A DNA stretch of 64,000 nucleotides from Thermomicrobiales bacterium (GTDB lineage Bacteria > Chloroflexota > Chloroflexia > Thermomicrobiales > UBA6265). Below, piece by piece: positions 1 through 9,742 of this stretch; position 1 is the stretch's first letter; every line of letters starts with the position of its first letter. The stretch spans positions 9,989 through 73,988 of the forward strand of contig JBJMMD010000037.1 in the NCBI GenBank assembly GCA_045804965.1. Direction: 5' to 3'. Position numbers and translations under genes: made by a program. Below the pieces are notes generated by a model, which worked only from the letters and a program-made list of their open reading frames with translations, had not been told where the DNA came from and made no database searches.

Positions 1-21
1 CGCGGCCGATACGCAGGCGGT

Positions 22-222
22 TTAGGCTTCTGCGCGCTTGCGCTCTTCGATGACGATGACTTGCCGGCCGTTGTACATGCCGCAATTCGGGCAAACGTGG
101 TGCGCTCGTTTGGTCTCGCGGCAATGCTTGCATGGCACGAGCTGCATTGGCTTCAAATAATGATGCCGGCGGCGATTCCCTTGCCGGTGCCGGCTGATTC
201 GTTGCTTAGGAAGCGCTCCCAA
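22..222 (-). CDS. rpmF: 50S ribosomal protein L32 (bL32)
   Basis: 66-aa ORF. Basic N-terminus MGALPKQRISRHRQGNRR and a CKHC...CPNC zinc ribbon are typical of bL32. It lies directly downstream of a DUF177/YceD gene, the conserved yceD-rpmF pair. Confidence 0.95.
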   Translation of the reverse strand: MGALPKQRISRHRQGNRRRHHYLKPMQLVPCKHCRETKRAHHVCPNCGMYNGRQVIVIEERKRAEA

Positions 223-267
223 TTCCTTCCTCCTTCAAGTTGGTGGGAGCGTGTTGCCCCCGGGAAA

Positions 268-807
268 CTACATGTTCGATTCGCTGTTGCTCGCTTCTTC
301 GTCCAAAAGCTGGGCGAGGGCAGCGAAGCGATCGTCTGTTTCGCCACCAGTCCCGAGCTTCTCTAGGTCCGGCCCGGGGCAATCCGGACCGCAGATCGGG
401 CGCATTGGCAATGCAACGACGATTTCCTGGCGCAGTACTTCGGCGATGTCGAGCTCATGATTGGCGTCGATCGTGAAGCGCTCGTCGTCCTCATCTTCTT
501 CCGGGACCTGAACACCGGTTCGGACGTCGACGGTTGGTCGAAATTCCGCGGCAAATTTGGTCGAAAACGGCTGGGCATAGGACCGAAGGCACCGCACACA
601 GTCGATCTCTACCGCGCCCTTTGCTGTGACGTTGGCAAGAATTTCGTCGGCCAATTTCGTCAGCCGTATTGTTCCTTCAACTTCCTCGGCGAGGCCGCTT
701 TCATCTAGTGGCAACGCATCCACGTGAAGCGGATACTCACGCGAAGCGCCGACCGGCTCTTGGAGCAGCGCGGCGACGTTGATGATCGTTTCGTTATCAA
801 GGTTCAT
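268..807 (-). CDS. yceD: DUF177 / YceD-family protein (large-subunit rRNA accumulation protein)
   Basis: The ORF track gives 268..900. I place the start at the internal ATG (reverse-strand cat at 805..807; MNLDNETI...), giving 179 aa. The cysteine motif CVRC....CGPDCPG and the conserved position upstream of rpmF support the call. The start is uncertain. Confidence 0.85.
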   Translation of the reverse strand: MNLDNETIINVAALLQEPVGASREYPLHVDALPLDESGLAEEVEGTIRLTKLADEILANVTAKGAVEIDCVRCLRSYAQPFSTKFAAEFRPTVDVRTGVQVPEEDEDDERFTIDANHELDIAEVLRQEIVVALPMRPICGPDCPGPDLEKLGTGGETDDRFAALAQLLDEEASNSESNM

Positions 808-1206
808 GGTGCGATGTTTGGCGTCCATCGACCCTGGAGAGCGGCTGGACTTCAGCTGATGCCAGGGCTCATCGAGCGCCACGAGCGCATGCGCAAACAC
901 GCCGGGCCTCTGCCCGGCGCAACGCGGAAAGTATAGGCGCAGGGCGGCATTCAGTCAAACTAAGCGTTACGTTTGACTCACCGTTCGCGCCTCAGCGATT
1001 GCTTCGTCGATTGGTCACATTGAGAGCTTTAGCGATCAAAAGCAGGAGCGACAAACATTATTCATGTTGAGATAACGACTGCGAAGAACACCGGTTCGTA
1101 ATGCTGCTCAGTGACAATGCTGGGTAGGAAGCAGATGCGTAGCTCTTCGACACCGGCGTCACAGTCTTAAGGCCGCACAAGTAGCTGATTTCAAAGCGCG
1201 AGAAGT

Positions 1207-1722
1207 TCAAGATTCCGCGATGGCGTCGCGGGCGCGTTCGAGGGTGGCGACCGTCTCGCGGACTGCATTGTCGATAATCTCAAGTCCCTCGCGCATCGCT
1301 TCTTCCAACTTGTTGAATTGCTGCAAGGCGAACTCGTCGATCTCGCTTTTTGAGCGGTTGCGCCGTTCTTCAACTTGACGCAGCAAATCTTCACTCTGTT
1401 GCCGCGCCTCGTTGAGAATGCCTTGTTCCGAGACGAAGTACTCGGCGCGCTTGCGCGCCGTTTCGAGGATCTTCGCTGCCTCATCTTGCGACTCGGCGAT
1501 GATCCGTTCGCGTTCCTTGATCACACGTTGGGCTTGCTTGATTTCGTTGGGCACCGCGATCCGCAATTGATCGACGAGGGCCAAGAACTGCTCTTCTTCG
1601 ACCATGACCCGGCCGCTGAATGGCACGCGCTTGCCGATGCCGACGAGCTCTTCGAGGCGATCGACGAGGTAGAGGATATCGACTGTTCCGTCGTCTACCG
1701 GTTCGTCACCGTCGTGCATCAA
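1207..1722 (-). CDS. Uncharacterised coiled-coil protein (ATP-synthase subunit b/H-like heptad region)
   Basis: 171-aa ORF with no competing frame. It has a long charged helical stretch (KQAQRVIKERERIIAESQDEAAKILETARKRAEYF...). It lies between coaD and yceD on the same strand. I recognise no specific family. Confidence 0.6.
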   Translation of the reverse strand: MMHDGDEPVDDGTVDILYLVDRLEELVGIGKRVPFSGRVMVEEEQFLALVDQLRIAVPNEIKQAQRVIKERERIIAESQDEAAKILETARKRAEYFVSEQGILNEARQQSEDLLRQVEERRNRSKSEIDEFALQQFNKLEEAMREGLEIIDNAVRETVATLERARDAIAES

Positions 1723-1778
1723 TGCCGCCGCTCCGCTTCCAGTCGCGTTGTCTCAAGACCAACCGTGATAATCCTCAG

Positions 1779-2288
1779 CTAGCCTTCAACCGCGCTCTCC
1801 ACGGAACGCCCAGACATCTTAGCAAGAAGCGCGTCACGGACGTGGTCGGGCACTAGCCCATTCACATCTCCGCCCAGCGATGCCACCTCGCGAATCAAAC
1901 TTGAGCTGATGAACGAATGTCGAGACGAGGTCATTAAGCACACGACCTCGATGTCCGGCGCCAGGTGGTCGTTCATGTGGGCGAGCTTGAATTCGTATTC
2001 GAAATCTGAAACCGCGCGCAGACCACGCACAATCACCTGCGCGCCTTGAGCGTGGGCGTAATCTACGGTCAGGCCCGAGAAACTGTCAACGGTGATATTC
2101 GCAGCCGCGCGGACGGCGGTCCTCGCCAGTTCGATGCGCTGTTCGACGGAGAACATTCCCCCCGGCTTGTCCGAGCCGCGATAGACAGCCAGAACAACAT
2201 TGTCGAAGATTTGTGCCGCGCGAAACGCGACATCGAGATGGCCGTGGGTGATGGGATCGAAGCTGCCTGGATAGATCGCACGCATCAT
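1779..2288 (-). CDS. coaD: Phosphopantetheine adenylyltransferase
   Basis: The N-terminus MMRAIYPGSFDPITHGHLDV carries the nucleotidyltransferase T/HxGH motif. The ~165 aa length and its position next to rsmD match many Terrabacteria. Confidence 0.95.
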   Translation of the reverse strand: MMRAIYPGSFDPITHGHLDVAFRAAQIFDNVVLAVYRGSDKPGGMFSVEQRIELARTAVRAAANITVDSFSGLTVDYAHAQGAQVIVRGLRAVSDFEYEFKLAHMNDHLAPDIEVVCLMTSSRHSFISSSLIREVASLGGDVNGLVPDHVRDALLAKMSGRSVESAVEG

Positions 2289-2351
2289 TGAGCAATCACA
2301 TCCCCGCGGGTCCGCGTTTTCGTCGTCGACAGCATCGTCGCAAGCCCTGCA

Positions 2352-2603
2352 CTACGATTCACGAGGGTTGAGCGCTTTCTCGTACTCACGAATCTGGTCC
2401 CAGAGCCAGTCAACTTCGCCGCGAAGATCGCTGAGCTCGTCGGACAAGTCATCTTGACCTTCGCCAATAGCAGACTCACGAGTCTCGCGCTTGACATCAT
2501 CGATCGCAAGATGAATGGTTCCAAATCGTTCTTTGGCTTCCATGAGCTTTCGCTCTATCTCCTGCCGCTCTGCCCGGTCCACTTCTGCTGGAGTCATGGT
2601 CAC
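2352..2603 (-). CDS. Small acidic coiled-coil hypothetical protein
   Basis: 83-codon ORF. Its GTG start overlaps the rsmD stop (GTGA at 2600..2603); alternatively an ATG start lies at 2595..2597, two nt after the stop. The gene is wedged between rsmD and coaD. No family recognised. Confidence 0.5.
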   Translation of the reverse strand: MTMTPAEVDRAERQEIERKLMEAKERFGTIHLAIDDVKRETRESAIGEGQDDLSDELSDLRGEVDWLWDQIREYEKALNPRES

Positions 2604-3166
2604 TCGTTTTCCTCGGCCGCGTCAGCAACCTCATAGATCGAGAAACAACTATCGCCATGGCAGCGTGATCGGAGCCGATTCAAGCCGTCTATTCGCGGCG
2701 GTAGTTGAAGTCTCGGCCAGTGACCTACGGCGACGATTGTGCCCGATTGTACCAATCTTGAGTTGCCCACCCTTTCCAGCGTATCGAGGATCTGGGGGTC
2801 GGCGTATGGTGGGTCGATGACGATTAGATCGAAGGGATGGCGGCCGCGGGCGATGAACTGCTCGACGGCAACCTGGTGGACCCGACTGACGTTGTCATAG
2901 CCAGTGAGGGCGAGATTATTCCGAATTACCGCGCACGAGGCCGCGTGCTGATCGACGAAGTCGGCGGCTGTGGCGCCGCGAGAAAGGGCCTCGATGCCGA
3001 CGCTGCCGGTGCCGGCATAGAGGTCGAGCACGGTATCGGGTTCAACGCCAAGCGAACCGAGGGTGGAAAAGAGCGCTTCCTTGATCTTGTCGGCCATAGG
3101 CCGAGTCCAAGGTCCAGCCGGCCCTTTGAGCCGGCGTCCCTTGGCCTCGCCCGCGATCACGCGCAT
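2600..3166 (-). CDS. rsmD: 16S rRNA (guanine966-N2)-methyltransferase RsmD
   Basis: 188 aa. It begins MRVIAGEAKGRRL, has the SAM-binding motif VLDLYAGTGSVGIEALSRGA and the DPPY catalytic motif. It sits in the conserved rsmD-coaD neighbourhood. Confidence 0.9.
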   Translation of the reverse strand: MRVIAGEAKGRRLKGPAGPWTRPMADKIKEALFSTLGSLGVEPDTVLDLYAGTGSVGIEALSRGATAADFVDQHAASCAVIRNNLALTGYDNVSRVHQVAVEQFIARGRHPFDLIVIDPPYADPQILDTLERVGNSRLVQSGTIVAVGHWPRLQLPPRIDGLNRLRSRCHGDSCFSIYEVADAAEENE

Positions 3167-3184
3167 GCCGCCACCTCACGTCGG

Positions 3185-5761
3185 CTAATGCCGCAAAGGC
3201 ACATCGGCGGTGACCTGTCGCCAAAACCGTTCCAGTCTTGCCGCGAGCGGTTGATGCGCGGGGTCTGCGAGCGAAGGATCCTGGTCGAGCATTTGTTCGG
3301 CCAGCCGCCGCGCCTGATCGAGCAAGCGCGTGTCGAAGCTGGCGTCGAGCCATTTCATTTCGGGGAGACCACTTTGGCGGGTGCCTATGAAGTCGCCGGG
3401 ACCGCGCAACTCGAGGTCCTTTTCGGCGAGGGCGAATCCATCGTTCGTCTCGACCATCATCTGCAAGCGGGCTTCGCCATCGCTCGAGGATTCATCTGCC
3501 AAGAGCAGACAATATGATTTGTGTCCGCCCCGACCGACTCGACCGCGAAACTGATGAAGTTGGGCGAGACCGAACATCTCCGAGCCTTCGACAAGCATCA
3601 CGGTTGCGTTTGGCACGTCGATCCCCACTTCGATGACCGAGGTTGAGACAAGGATGTCGAAGTTCTGATCGCGAAAGGCGGTCATGATCGCGTCTTTTTC
3701 CTTGCCACTCATGCGGCCGTGCAACACCGCGATACGCAAATCTGGGAAGACCTCGCGCTTGAGGCGTTCAGCTTCCGCGACAGCGGCCTTCGCTTCAATC
3801 ACATCGGATTCCTCGACCAAGGGACAAATCACGAAAACCTGACGCCCTTTGGCAACTTCATCACGAACGATCTCGTAGGCGCTTGTCCGGTCATTGTTGC
3901 CGAATCGCCGCGTCTCGATCGGGATTCGGCCGGGTGGTAGTTGGTCGATAATCGAGACATCGAGATCACCGTGGAGCACGAGACTCAACGTGCGCGGAAT
4001 CGGGGTCGCAGTCATTGACAAGATGTGGGGTTGCAGTTTGTTCGCCTTGGCGGCGAGCACCCCGCGCTGGCGGACCCCGAATCGATGCTGCTCGTCAAGC
4101 ACGACGAAGCCAAGACGGGGAATGTCGACGGGATCCTGGATAAGCGCATGCGTTCCGACGAGGACATCAATCGCTCCATGAGTCAGGCCTTGAAAGATTC
4201 GCTTGCGATCGGACGCTTTGGCACTACCGGTCAACAATTCAACGGCAGGCTGCTGCTCAGGCGCAAGATGGGAGAAGAGACCGCGGAAATTGTGGAAATG
4301 CTGCTCGGCAAGGATTTCCGTCGGCGCCATGATCGCGGTTTGGAAACCATTCGAAACGGCGACGAGAGCCGCGCTCGCGGCGACGACGGTCTTGCCACTG
4401 CCGACGTCGCCTTGCAGTAGTCGGGCCATCGGTTTCTGTTGCTTGAGATCGTTCAGGATTTCGCCAAGCGCCCGTCGTTGCGCATATGTGAGGTGAAACG
4501 GTAGCCCCTTGAAGAATCGATCGAGTAGCGGAGGATCGACGATGAAAGCAAAGCCACCGTCGAGCTGGCGATCGCGCTTGCGCCGCGTCAGCCCAAGCTG
4601 GAGCAGGAACAGGTTGTCGAACGCGAGCCGGTTCTTGGCCCGTTCGAGCGACTCAGTCCGACTCGGGTAATGCACGTTCTCGTACGCCTCGACCAGCGGA
4701 GGCAACTTCGCGTGGGATCGCACGGTCTCGGGCAGAAAATCCTGGAGCGTCGTCCTCGTGGCGTCGAGGGCGCTACGGGTGAACGCGCGAATCGATTTTT
4801 GATAGATCCCTTTCGTCAGCGGATAGACCGGGGTTAGGCGGCCGGTCGACAGCGACTGACCACCCATCCGCTCCCATTCCGGGGCGGTGAACGAAGGCGC
4901 GCCGTAGCCGTAATCGAGCTGCCCGCTCACGGCAATTTCGTCGCCGGCCCTCACTTGCTTGCCGATGAACATATTGAAGAAGGTCACGCGCACGGAACCG
5001 GTCCCGTCGTCGAGGCGAAGTGTGACTCGTGGTTTGCCCGGTCCGTGAATTTCCTTGACCTCCGTAACCTCGCCGCGGACCGTGACTTCGCCCCGCCGCC
5101 CAAACCCAAGGGCAGCTCCGATCTGGACCGTATTGGTGTAGTCGATGTGGCGGCGAGGGATGAGATTCAGGAGATCTTCGACAGTTGAGACATGCAATTT
5201 GTCGAGCTTGTCGGCGACCGACTTGCCGACGCCCGGCAAGTCGGTGATGGGGGCGACTGGCGGGAGTTGGATGACGCGCGGCGATCGCACTCGCGCCTGC
5301 GAGTTGGCATTCGTCTTCCCAGCAGCCGGGGAAATCGCACTCGGCAAGGTGCCAATGGGTGCAGCGAGCTCATCGGCGATGGCAAAGTCGGGGCGCAACT
5401 CGTTCAACGCGTTAGCGACCGCTTGCAATTCGATTTTCCTCTCGTCGAATGGTAGATCGTTGTAATGGCCGATGCGGTCGGCAATGTCGCTGAGCGTCTC
5501 AACCGCTTGCTGAGTTGGCGCCCGTTCGCGCAGCCGAGTGATGGCCGGCATTGCATTGCGGCGGAGTTTGTAGCCACTAAAACCCGAGCGCCATTCGTCC
5601 CGCAAGCCGGCCAATGCGCGCTCAATCTGATCTCCTCCGGATGTAGAAGAAGGAGGACTCGATTGACTCTCTTGCGTGGTTGCCTTCGGGGCCAATGAAC
5701 AGCTCGCTTGTACAATCTGAGGCTTGACCGGAATCACGGTAACCGGTGGCGCCGTCGCCAT
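3185..5761 (-). CDS. recG: ATP-dependent DNA helicase RecG with a long N-terminal extension
   Basis: Shows a wedge/OB region, Walker A GDVGSGKT and DEQH box, plus helicase C motifs and a QLHQFRGRVGRG-type motif VI. At 858 aa it exceeds a typical RecG; the recognisable RecG part starts near ITDLPGVGKSVADKL (about residue 178). Confidence 0.95.
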   Translation of the reverse strand: MATAPPVTVIPVKPQIVQASCSLAPKATTQESQSSPPSSTSGGDQIERALAGLRDEWRSGFSGYKLRRNAMPAITRLRERAPTQQAVETLSDIADRIGHYNDLPFDERKIELQAVANALNELRPDFAIADELAAPIGTLPSAISPAAGKTNANSQARVRSPRVIQLPPVAPITDLPGVGKSVADKLDKLHVSTVEDLLNLIPRRHIDYTNTVQIGAALGFGRRGEVTVRGEVTEVKEIHGPGKPRVTLRLDDGTGSVRVTFFNMFIGKQVRAGDEIAVSGQLDYGYGAPSFTAPEWERMGGQSLSTGRLTPVYPLTKGIYQKSIRAFTRSALDATRTTLQDFLPETVRSHAKLPPLVEAYENVHYPSRTESLERAKNRLAFDNLFLLQLGLTRRKRDRQLDGGFAFIVDPPLLDRFFKGLPFHLTYAQRRALGEILNDLKQQKPMARLLQGDVGSGKTVVAASAALVAVSNGFQTAIMAPTEILAEQHFHNFRGLFSHLAPEQQPAVELLTGSAKASDRKRIFQGLTHGAIDVLVGTHALIQDPVDIPRLGFVVLDEQHRFGVRQRGVLAAKANKLQPHILSMTATPIPRTLSLVLHGDLDVSIIDQLPPGRIPIETRRFGNNDRTSAYEIVRDEVAKGRQVFVICPLVEESDVIEAKAAVAEAERLKREVFPDLRIAVLHGRMSGKEKDAIMTAFRDQNFDILVSTSVIEVGIDVPNATVMLVEGSEMFGLAQLHQFRGRVGRGGHKSYCLLLADESSSDGEARLQMMVETNDGFALAEKDLELRGPGDFIGTRQSGLPEMKWLDASFDTRLLDQARRLAEQMLDQDPSLADPAHQPLAARLERFWRQVTADVPLRH

Positions 5762-5814
5762 GATTGTGTGATCAGTTTAGCCGATCAAATGTGCGAATAC
5801 GGTCTTGGGCGAGC

Positions 5815-6669
5815 CTAAGCTCGTGCAATCAAGGGGAAGATGCCAACTGCGCCTGGACCGGCATAGGTGGCGATCACCGGTCCGACATCGCAGAGGACGA
5901 ACTGGTCGTCCGGGACGAGATCGCGCAATTCGCCCGCGAGCCGTTGGGCGTCTTCCGGATTGCCGGCATGTGCGACGGCGAGACTCTCGAGGGGCGCATG
6001 GGCTTTTGCAAGTTCCGCGATGCGCGCAATCGCTTTGCTCCAAGTGCGCACGCGTTCAAGCGGTGTGACCTCGCCGCCACGAACAGTGAGAATCGGCTTG
6101 ATCGACAACATGGAACCGATCAGATGCGACGCCCGTCCGATTCTCCCGCCGCGATGGGCGTAATCCAGCGTCTCGAGAACAGCATAGAGCTGTGAGCGCG
6201 TGAGCGCTTCTTTGGCCGCTGCGGTCACATCTCCTGTGCTCTTGCCGATTTTGGCTTCGCGGGCGGCTGCGATGACGGCCCAACCAAGCGCCATCGAGAC
6301 GGTCTGACTGTCGATGATATGAACGCGCACGGGGTTCACGGTCTCGCTGGCGAGGCGGGCGGCGTTAAACGTGCCCGAGAGTTTCGAGGCGATCGTGATG
6401 CAGACGACGTCGAAGTCTGCGTTGATCGCGGCGCGAAACGCGTCCTCGAACATCGCCGTCGAGGGTTGTGATGTTCTCGGAAGTTCTGAGGACGTACCGA
6501 GCCGCTCTAAAAATTCAGCCTGACTCATCTCGACGCGGTCAAGAAAGACCTCGTCGCCAAATCGCACCGAGAGCGGGACAACCGCGATGTTCAGGGACGC
6601 CCCAAGATTGGGAGGAATGTCCGATGTGGAATCGGTGACGATGACGACTCGCCGCGAGGCATCGGTCAT
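5815..6669 (-). CDS. DegV-family fatty-acid-binding protein (FakB-like)
   Basis: 284 aa. The N-terminus VVIVTDSTSDIP is typical of DegV, and the protein has DegV length and layout. It is the second of two tandem paralogues downstream of a DAK2/FakA-like gene. Confidence 0.9.
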   Translation of the reverse strand: MTDASRRVVIVTDSTSDIPPNLGASLNIAVVPLSVRFGDEVFLDRVEMSQAEFLERLGTSSELPRTSQPSTAMFEDAFRAAINADFDVVCITIASKLSGTFNAARLASETVNPVRVHIIDSQTVSMALGWAVIAAAREAKIGKSTGDVTAAAKEALTRSQLYAVLETLDYAHRGGRIGRASHLIGSMLSIKPILTVRGGEVTPLERVRTWSKAIARIAELAKAHAPLESLAVAHAGNPEDAQRLAGELRDLVPDDQFVLCDVGPVIATYAGPGAVGIFPLIARA

Positions 6670-7518
6670 CTACGGTCCCTCTCCTGTGTAAACGCAAATG
6701 CCGAGCGCTCCCGGACCGACGTGCGTGCCAATGACCGGGCTGAACTGCGCGCGGACGCGCCCGTGTGTTGCTTGCACGCCGAGTAGTCTTGCTTCGAGCT
6801 GATCGACCTCGCCTGCATCTGTGCTGTAGAGAACCCCAAGCCGCGATATTTGAGGAAAGCCGCGCGCGAACTGGGCAAGCCCCTCGATCGCTTTCCACTT
6901 TGTCCGTGTTCGCTCGTACGGCACGACTTGGCCTTCTTCAATTCCAAGAATCGGTTTGAGATGCAGGACCGTGCCGACCAGCGAAGCGGCGCGGCCAATA
7001 CGGCCGCCGCGTTGCAAGTACTCCAACGTGTCGACGAGAAACGCAAGATGATAACGGGCGGTGTCCGCGCGTATCTCGCTCGCAACCTCGGTCAAGTTCA
7101 GACCGCCCGCGACAAGCTCAGCGGCGCGAATGACTTGAAACCCCAGGCCTAGGGAAACGTTCCGCGAATCGACGATTTCAACCGGCGTCTCGTTTATGAG
7201 GGATTCCGCCGCGACTGTTGCCGACTGAACGGTTCCGCTCAGCTTCGACGAAATGAGCACGGCGATGATTGCATCATGATCCTCGGCCACCGAGCGGAAT
7301 GTCTCTTCGAACAGTCCGACCGATGGTTGAGAGGTCTTCGGCAGCTCCCGGGATCGTTGGAGGCGTTCCATGAATTCGTCAGATGTGAGGTCGATCTGAT
7401 CACGGAGCGATTCTTCGCCGAAGTGGACATTGAGCGGCACCATCGTGATGCCAAACTGGGCGCGAACTTCGGGCGAAAGATCGCACGTGCTATCGGTCAC
7501 GATCGCGATACGCGTCAT
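6670..7518 (-). CDS. DegV-family fatty-acid-binding protein (FakB-like)
   Basis: Start placed at ATG (cat 7516..7518; MTRIAIVTDSTCDL) behind a GGGGGAG Shine-Dalgarno; the ORF track extends to 7557. The stop abuts the start of the next DegV gene (6669/6670). Confidence 0.9.
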   Translation of the reverse strand: MTRIAIVTDSTCDLSPEVRAQFGITMVPLNVHFGEESLRDQIDLTSDEFMERLQRSRELPKTSQPSVGLFEETFRSVAEDHDAIIAVLISSKLSGTVQSATVAAESLINETPVEIVDSRNVSLGLGFQVIRAAELVAGGLNLTEVASEIRADTARYHLAFLVDTLEYLQRGGRIGRAASLVGTVLHLKPILGIEEGQVVPYERTRTKWKAIEGLAQFARGFPQISRLGVLYSTDAGEVDQLEARLLGVQATHGRVRAQFSPVIGTHVGPGALGICVYTGEGP

Positions 7519-7577
7519 CGGCTCCCCCTGCCAGACACGCGATTTGCGGAAGCGCACGGCGCGATCAGAGCGGCCCG

Positions 7578-9239
7578 CTATTCGACAGAGATGACAAAAC
7601 GATAATGAGGTTGGCCACCATCATAAACCTCAATCATCATCTTTGGGTATCGTTCTAAGATCAATGCTCGAACTTGTTCGGCGTCCATTTGCGTCGCATC
7701 GTGACCGTAGAAGATCGTCACCAATTCGGCCCGATCGAGACTTGCATGGTTGAGCGTGTCGATCGTCACGCGGTTCAGATCGTCGCCACCGGCGACCAAG
7801 CGGTCGTCAACCAACCCGATCACCTGACTCCTCTTGACGTCAACGCCGTTGGCCGAGGCGTCCTTGCCCGCACGGGAGATCTCAACCGTGTGCACGGCGG
7901 CAAGTGCTTCGGTCATTTCGGCGACGTTAGCATCGATCGATGCCTCCGCGTTGAAGGTGGTCAAGGCGGCGAGACCTTGCGGAATCGACCGAGAGGGAAC
8001 GACTTGAACGTGCTTCGTCGTGAGATCCGGAATCTGCTCCGCGGCGAGCACGACATTGGGGTTATTGGGGAGGAGAATCACGTCATTCGTCAGTGCACGC
8101 TCAACGGCTTCGAGAAGCTCCTCGATGCTTGGATTCATGGTTTGTCCGCCGCGGACGACTTCGTCCGCGCCGAGCGAGCGCAGCGCTTCGGAGATTCCGT
8201 CGCCTGCCGCAACAGCGAGGACTGTTTGCTTACCAAACGCCTGAGTGTTGCGAGACGAAAAAGCCGCTCGTTGAGCGGTGAGCGTCCCTGTTTGGAGTGA
8301 CATGTTGTCAATTTTGATCTGGTCGAGATCGCCGTATTGGATGGCGTAGTCGAGCAATTGACCGGGATTCAATGAGTGGAGGTGAACCCTGACGATTGAT
8401 TCATCGCCGACGATGACTGCCGACTGCCCCATTTCCGCGATCTCCGCGCGCATCGTCTCAAAGGGGATGGCTTTACCGAAAATTATGAAATTCGTGCAGT
8501 ATCCGAACGCATCCTCACCGTGGAGATCATCGATCCGATCGAGGAAATTCATCTCGGCGCCAAGGGAGGCGAAGGCAGTCACCTTCGGCAGCGCCTCGCC
8601 GCGGGCAAACCGATGAATGCCGTCGAGCATCACGCACAGACCTTGGCCACCGGCGTCGACAACGCCGGCCTGTCGCAACATATCGAGGAGCCTAGGTGTG
8701 TTGGCAAGCGCGTCCTTCGCTCCCGTCTCAGCGGCTGTCAGAATTGCGTCGAGCGCCGGCGTGCTCGCAGCCGCGGTCGCGGCCCGCTCCGCGGCGACCC
8801 GAATCACGGTCAGCATCGTGCCTTCGACCGGCTCCATCACCGCGCGATAAGCCATGAGTTGTGCGCCGTAGAGGCCACGCGCGATATCAAGCCCATTGAT
8901 TTCGTCGAGACCGTCGATCTCCTTCGCAAATCCCCGGAGAACTTGCGAGAGGATGACGCCTGAATTGCCGCGCGCGCCCATCAGTGATCCATGGGCGATC
9001 CTCGCGGCGACGACTCCGGCCCCCGTCCGATCTTCGGGCGAGAGTTTGTTGGCTTCGTCGACGCCCGCACGTAGGGTGAGAGACATATTCGTGCCGGTGT
9101 CGCCATCGGGCACGGGAAAAACATTGAGGGCGTTGAGTTGATCCCGGTTCGCGTCAAGCCATTGGCTGGCGGTGGAGACGGCGTCGAGCAAGTGTTGCCC
9201 GTTCCACACGCCGGCTGCTTCAGCGGCTTGGCGGTTCAA
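7578..9239 (-). CDS. DAK2-domain protein, YloV/FakA-type fatty acid kinase subunit
   Basis: 553 aa. The N-terminal Dak2 phosphatase-type domain shows NVFPVPDGDTGTNM. It is followed by two DegV genes and recG and is divergent from rpmB, the classical yloV context. The TTG start at 9237..9239 has a GGAG five nt upstream. Confidence 0.9.
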   Translation of the reverse strand: MNRQAAEAAGVWNGQHLLDAVSTASQWLDANRDQLNALNVFPVPDGDTGTNMSLTLRAGVDEANKLSPEDRTGAGVVAARIAHGSLMGARGNSGVILSQVLRGFAKEIDGLDEINGLDIARGLYGAQLMAYRAVMEPVEGTMLTVIRVAAERAATAAASTPALDAILTAAETGAKDALANTPRLLDMLRQAGVVDAGGQGLCVMLDGIHRFARGEALPKVTAFASLGAEMNFLDRIDDLHGEDAFGYCTNFIIFGKAIPFETMRAEIAEMGQSAVIVGDESIVRVHLHSLNPGQLLDYAIQYGDLDQIKIDNMSLQTGTLTAQRAAFSSRNTQAFGKQTVLAVAAGDGISEALRSLGADEVVRGGQTMNPSIEELLEAVERALTNDVILLPNNPNVVLAAEQIPDLTTKHVQVVPSRSIPQGLAALTTFNAEASIDANVAEMTEALAAVHTVEISRAGKDASANGVDVKRSQVIGLVDDRLVAGGDDLNRVTIDTLNHASLDRAELVTIFYGHDATQMDAEQVRALILERYPKMMIEVYDGGQPHYRFVISVE

Positions 9240-9523
9240 GCCTGGCTCCGGACCTGAAGTTGCGACAGTTGTCGAGGTTATCAGGCGGTGTCACGTCATG
9301 GACTCCAGCGAACGAGGTTGACTGGTCTGGATGGACATAAACTGCAAGTAGTGTACCCGTTGCTCACGCCAAGTGAGCATGGTAGGATTTGTCGTTGTTG
9401 TGGCGCCGTCCACTGGACGAGCGCTCTTTTCTTGCATTCGACATGGTTGAACGCGATCACGTGAAGTATATTCGCGCTTCCTGACACCAGGGCGAAAGCG
9501 GACTGGCAAAAAGGAGACCTTCG

Positions 9524-9712
9524 GTGGCTGGACAGTGTGACGTCTGCGGCAAAACCAAATCGTTTGGGCACAATGTTAGCTTCTCAAAGCGGCGAACAAA
9601 TCGCGATTTCCGGGCGAATGTGCACCGGAAGCACATTGTGATCAACGGCGAGATGAAGCGCTTGAACATTTGCACACGATGTATGCGCACGCTCAGCAAG
9701 ACCGCGAAATAG
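9524..9712 (+). CDS. rpmB: 50S ribosomal protein L28 (bL28)
   Basis: 62 aa, beginning MAGQCDVCGKTKSFGHNVSFSKRRTNR, which is typical of bL28. GTG start preceded by AAAGGAG. Confidence 0.95.
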   Translation: MAGQCDVCGKTKSFGHNVSFSKRRTNRDFRANVHRKHIVINGEMKRLNICTRCMRTLSKTAK

Positions 9713-9742
9713 GCTCCGCGCGATTGTACTGACATGCTTCAT

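Noticed and set aside
953-978. 8-bp hairpin AGTCAAAC…GTTTGACT in the gap upstream of yceD
   Set aside because: It is real as a sequence feature. However, it lies ~230 nt from the end of the upstream gene and lacks a U-tract, and I cannot assign it as a terminator or operator with any confidence.
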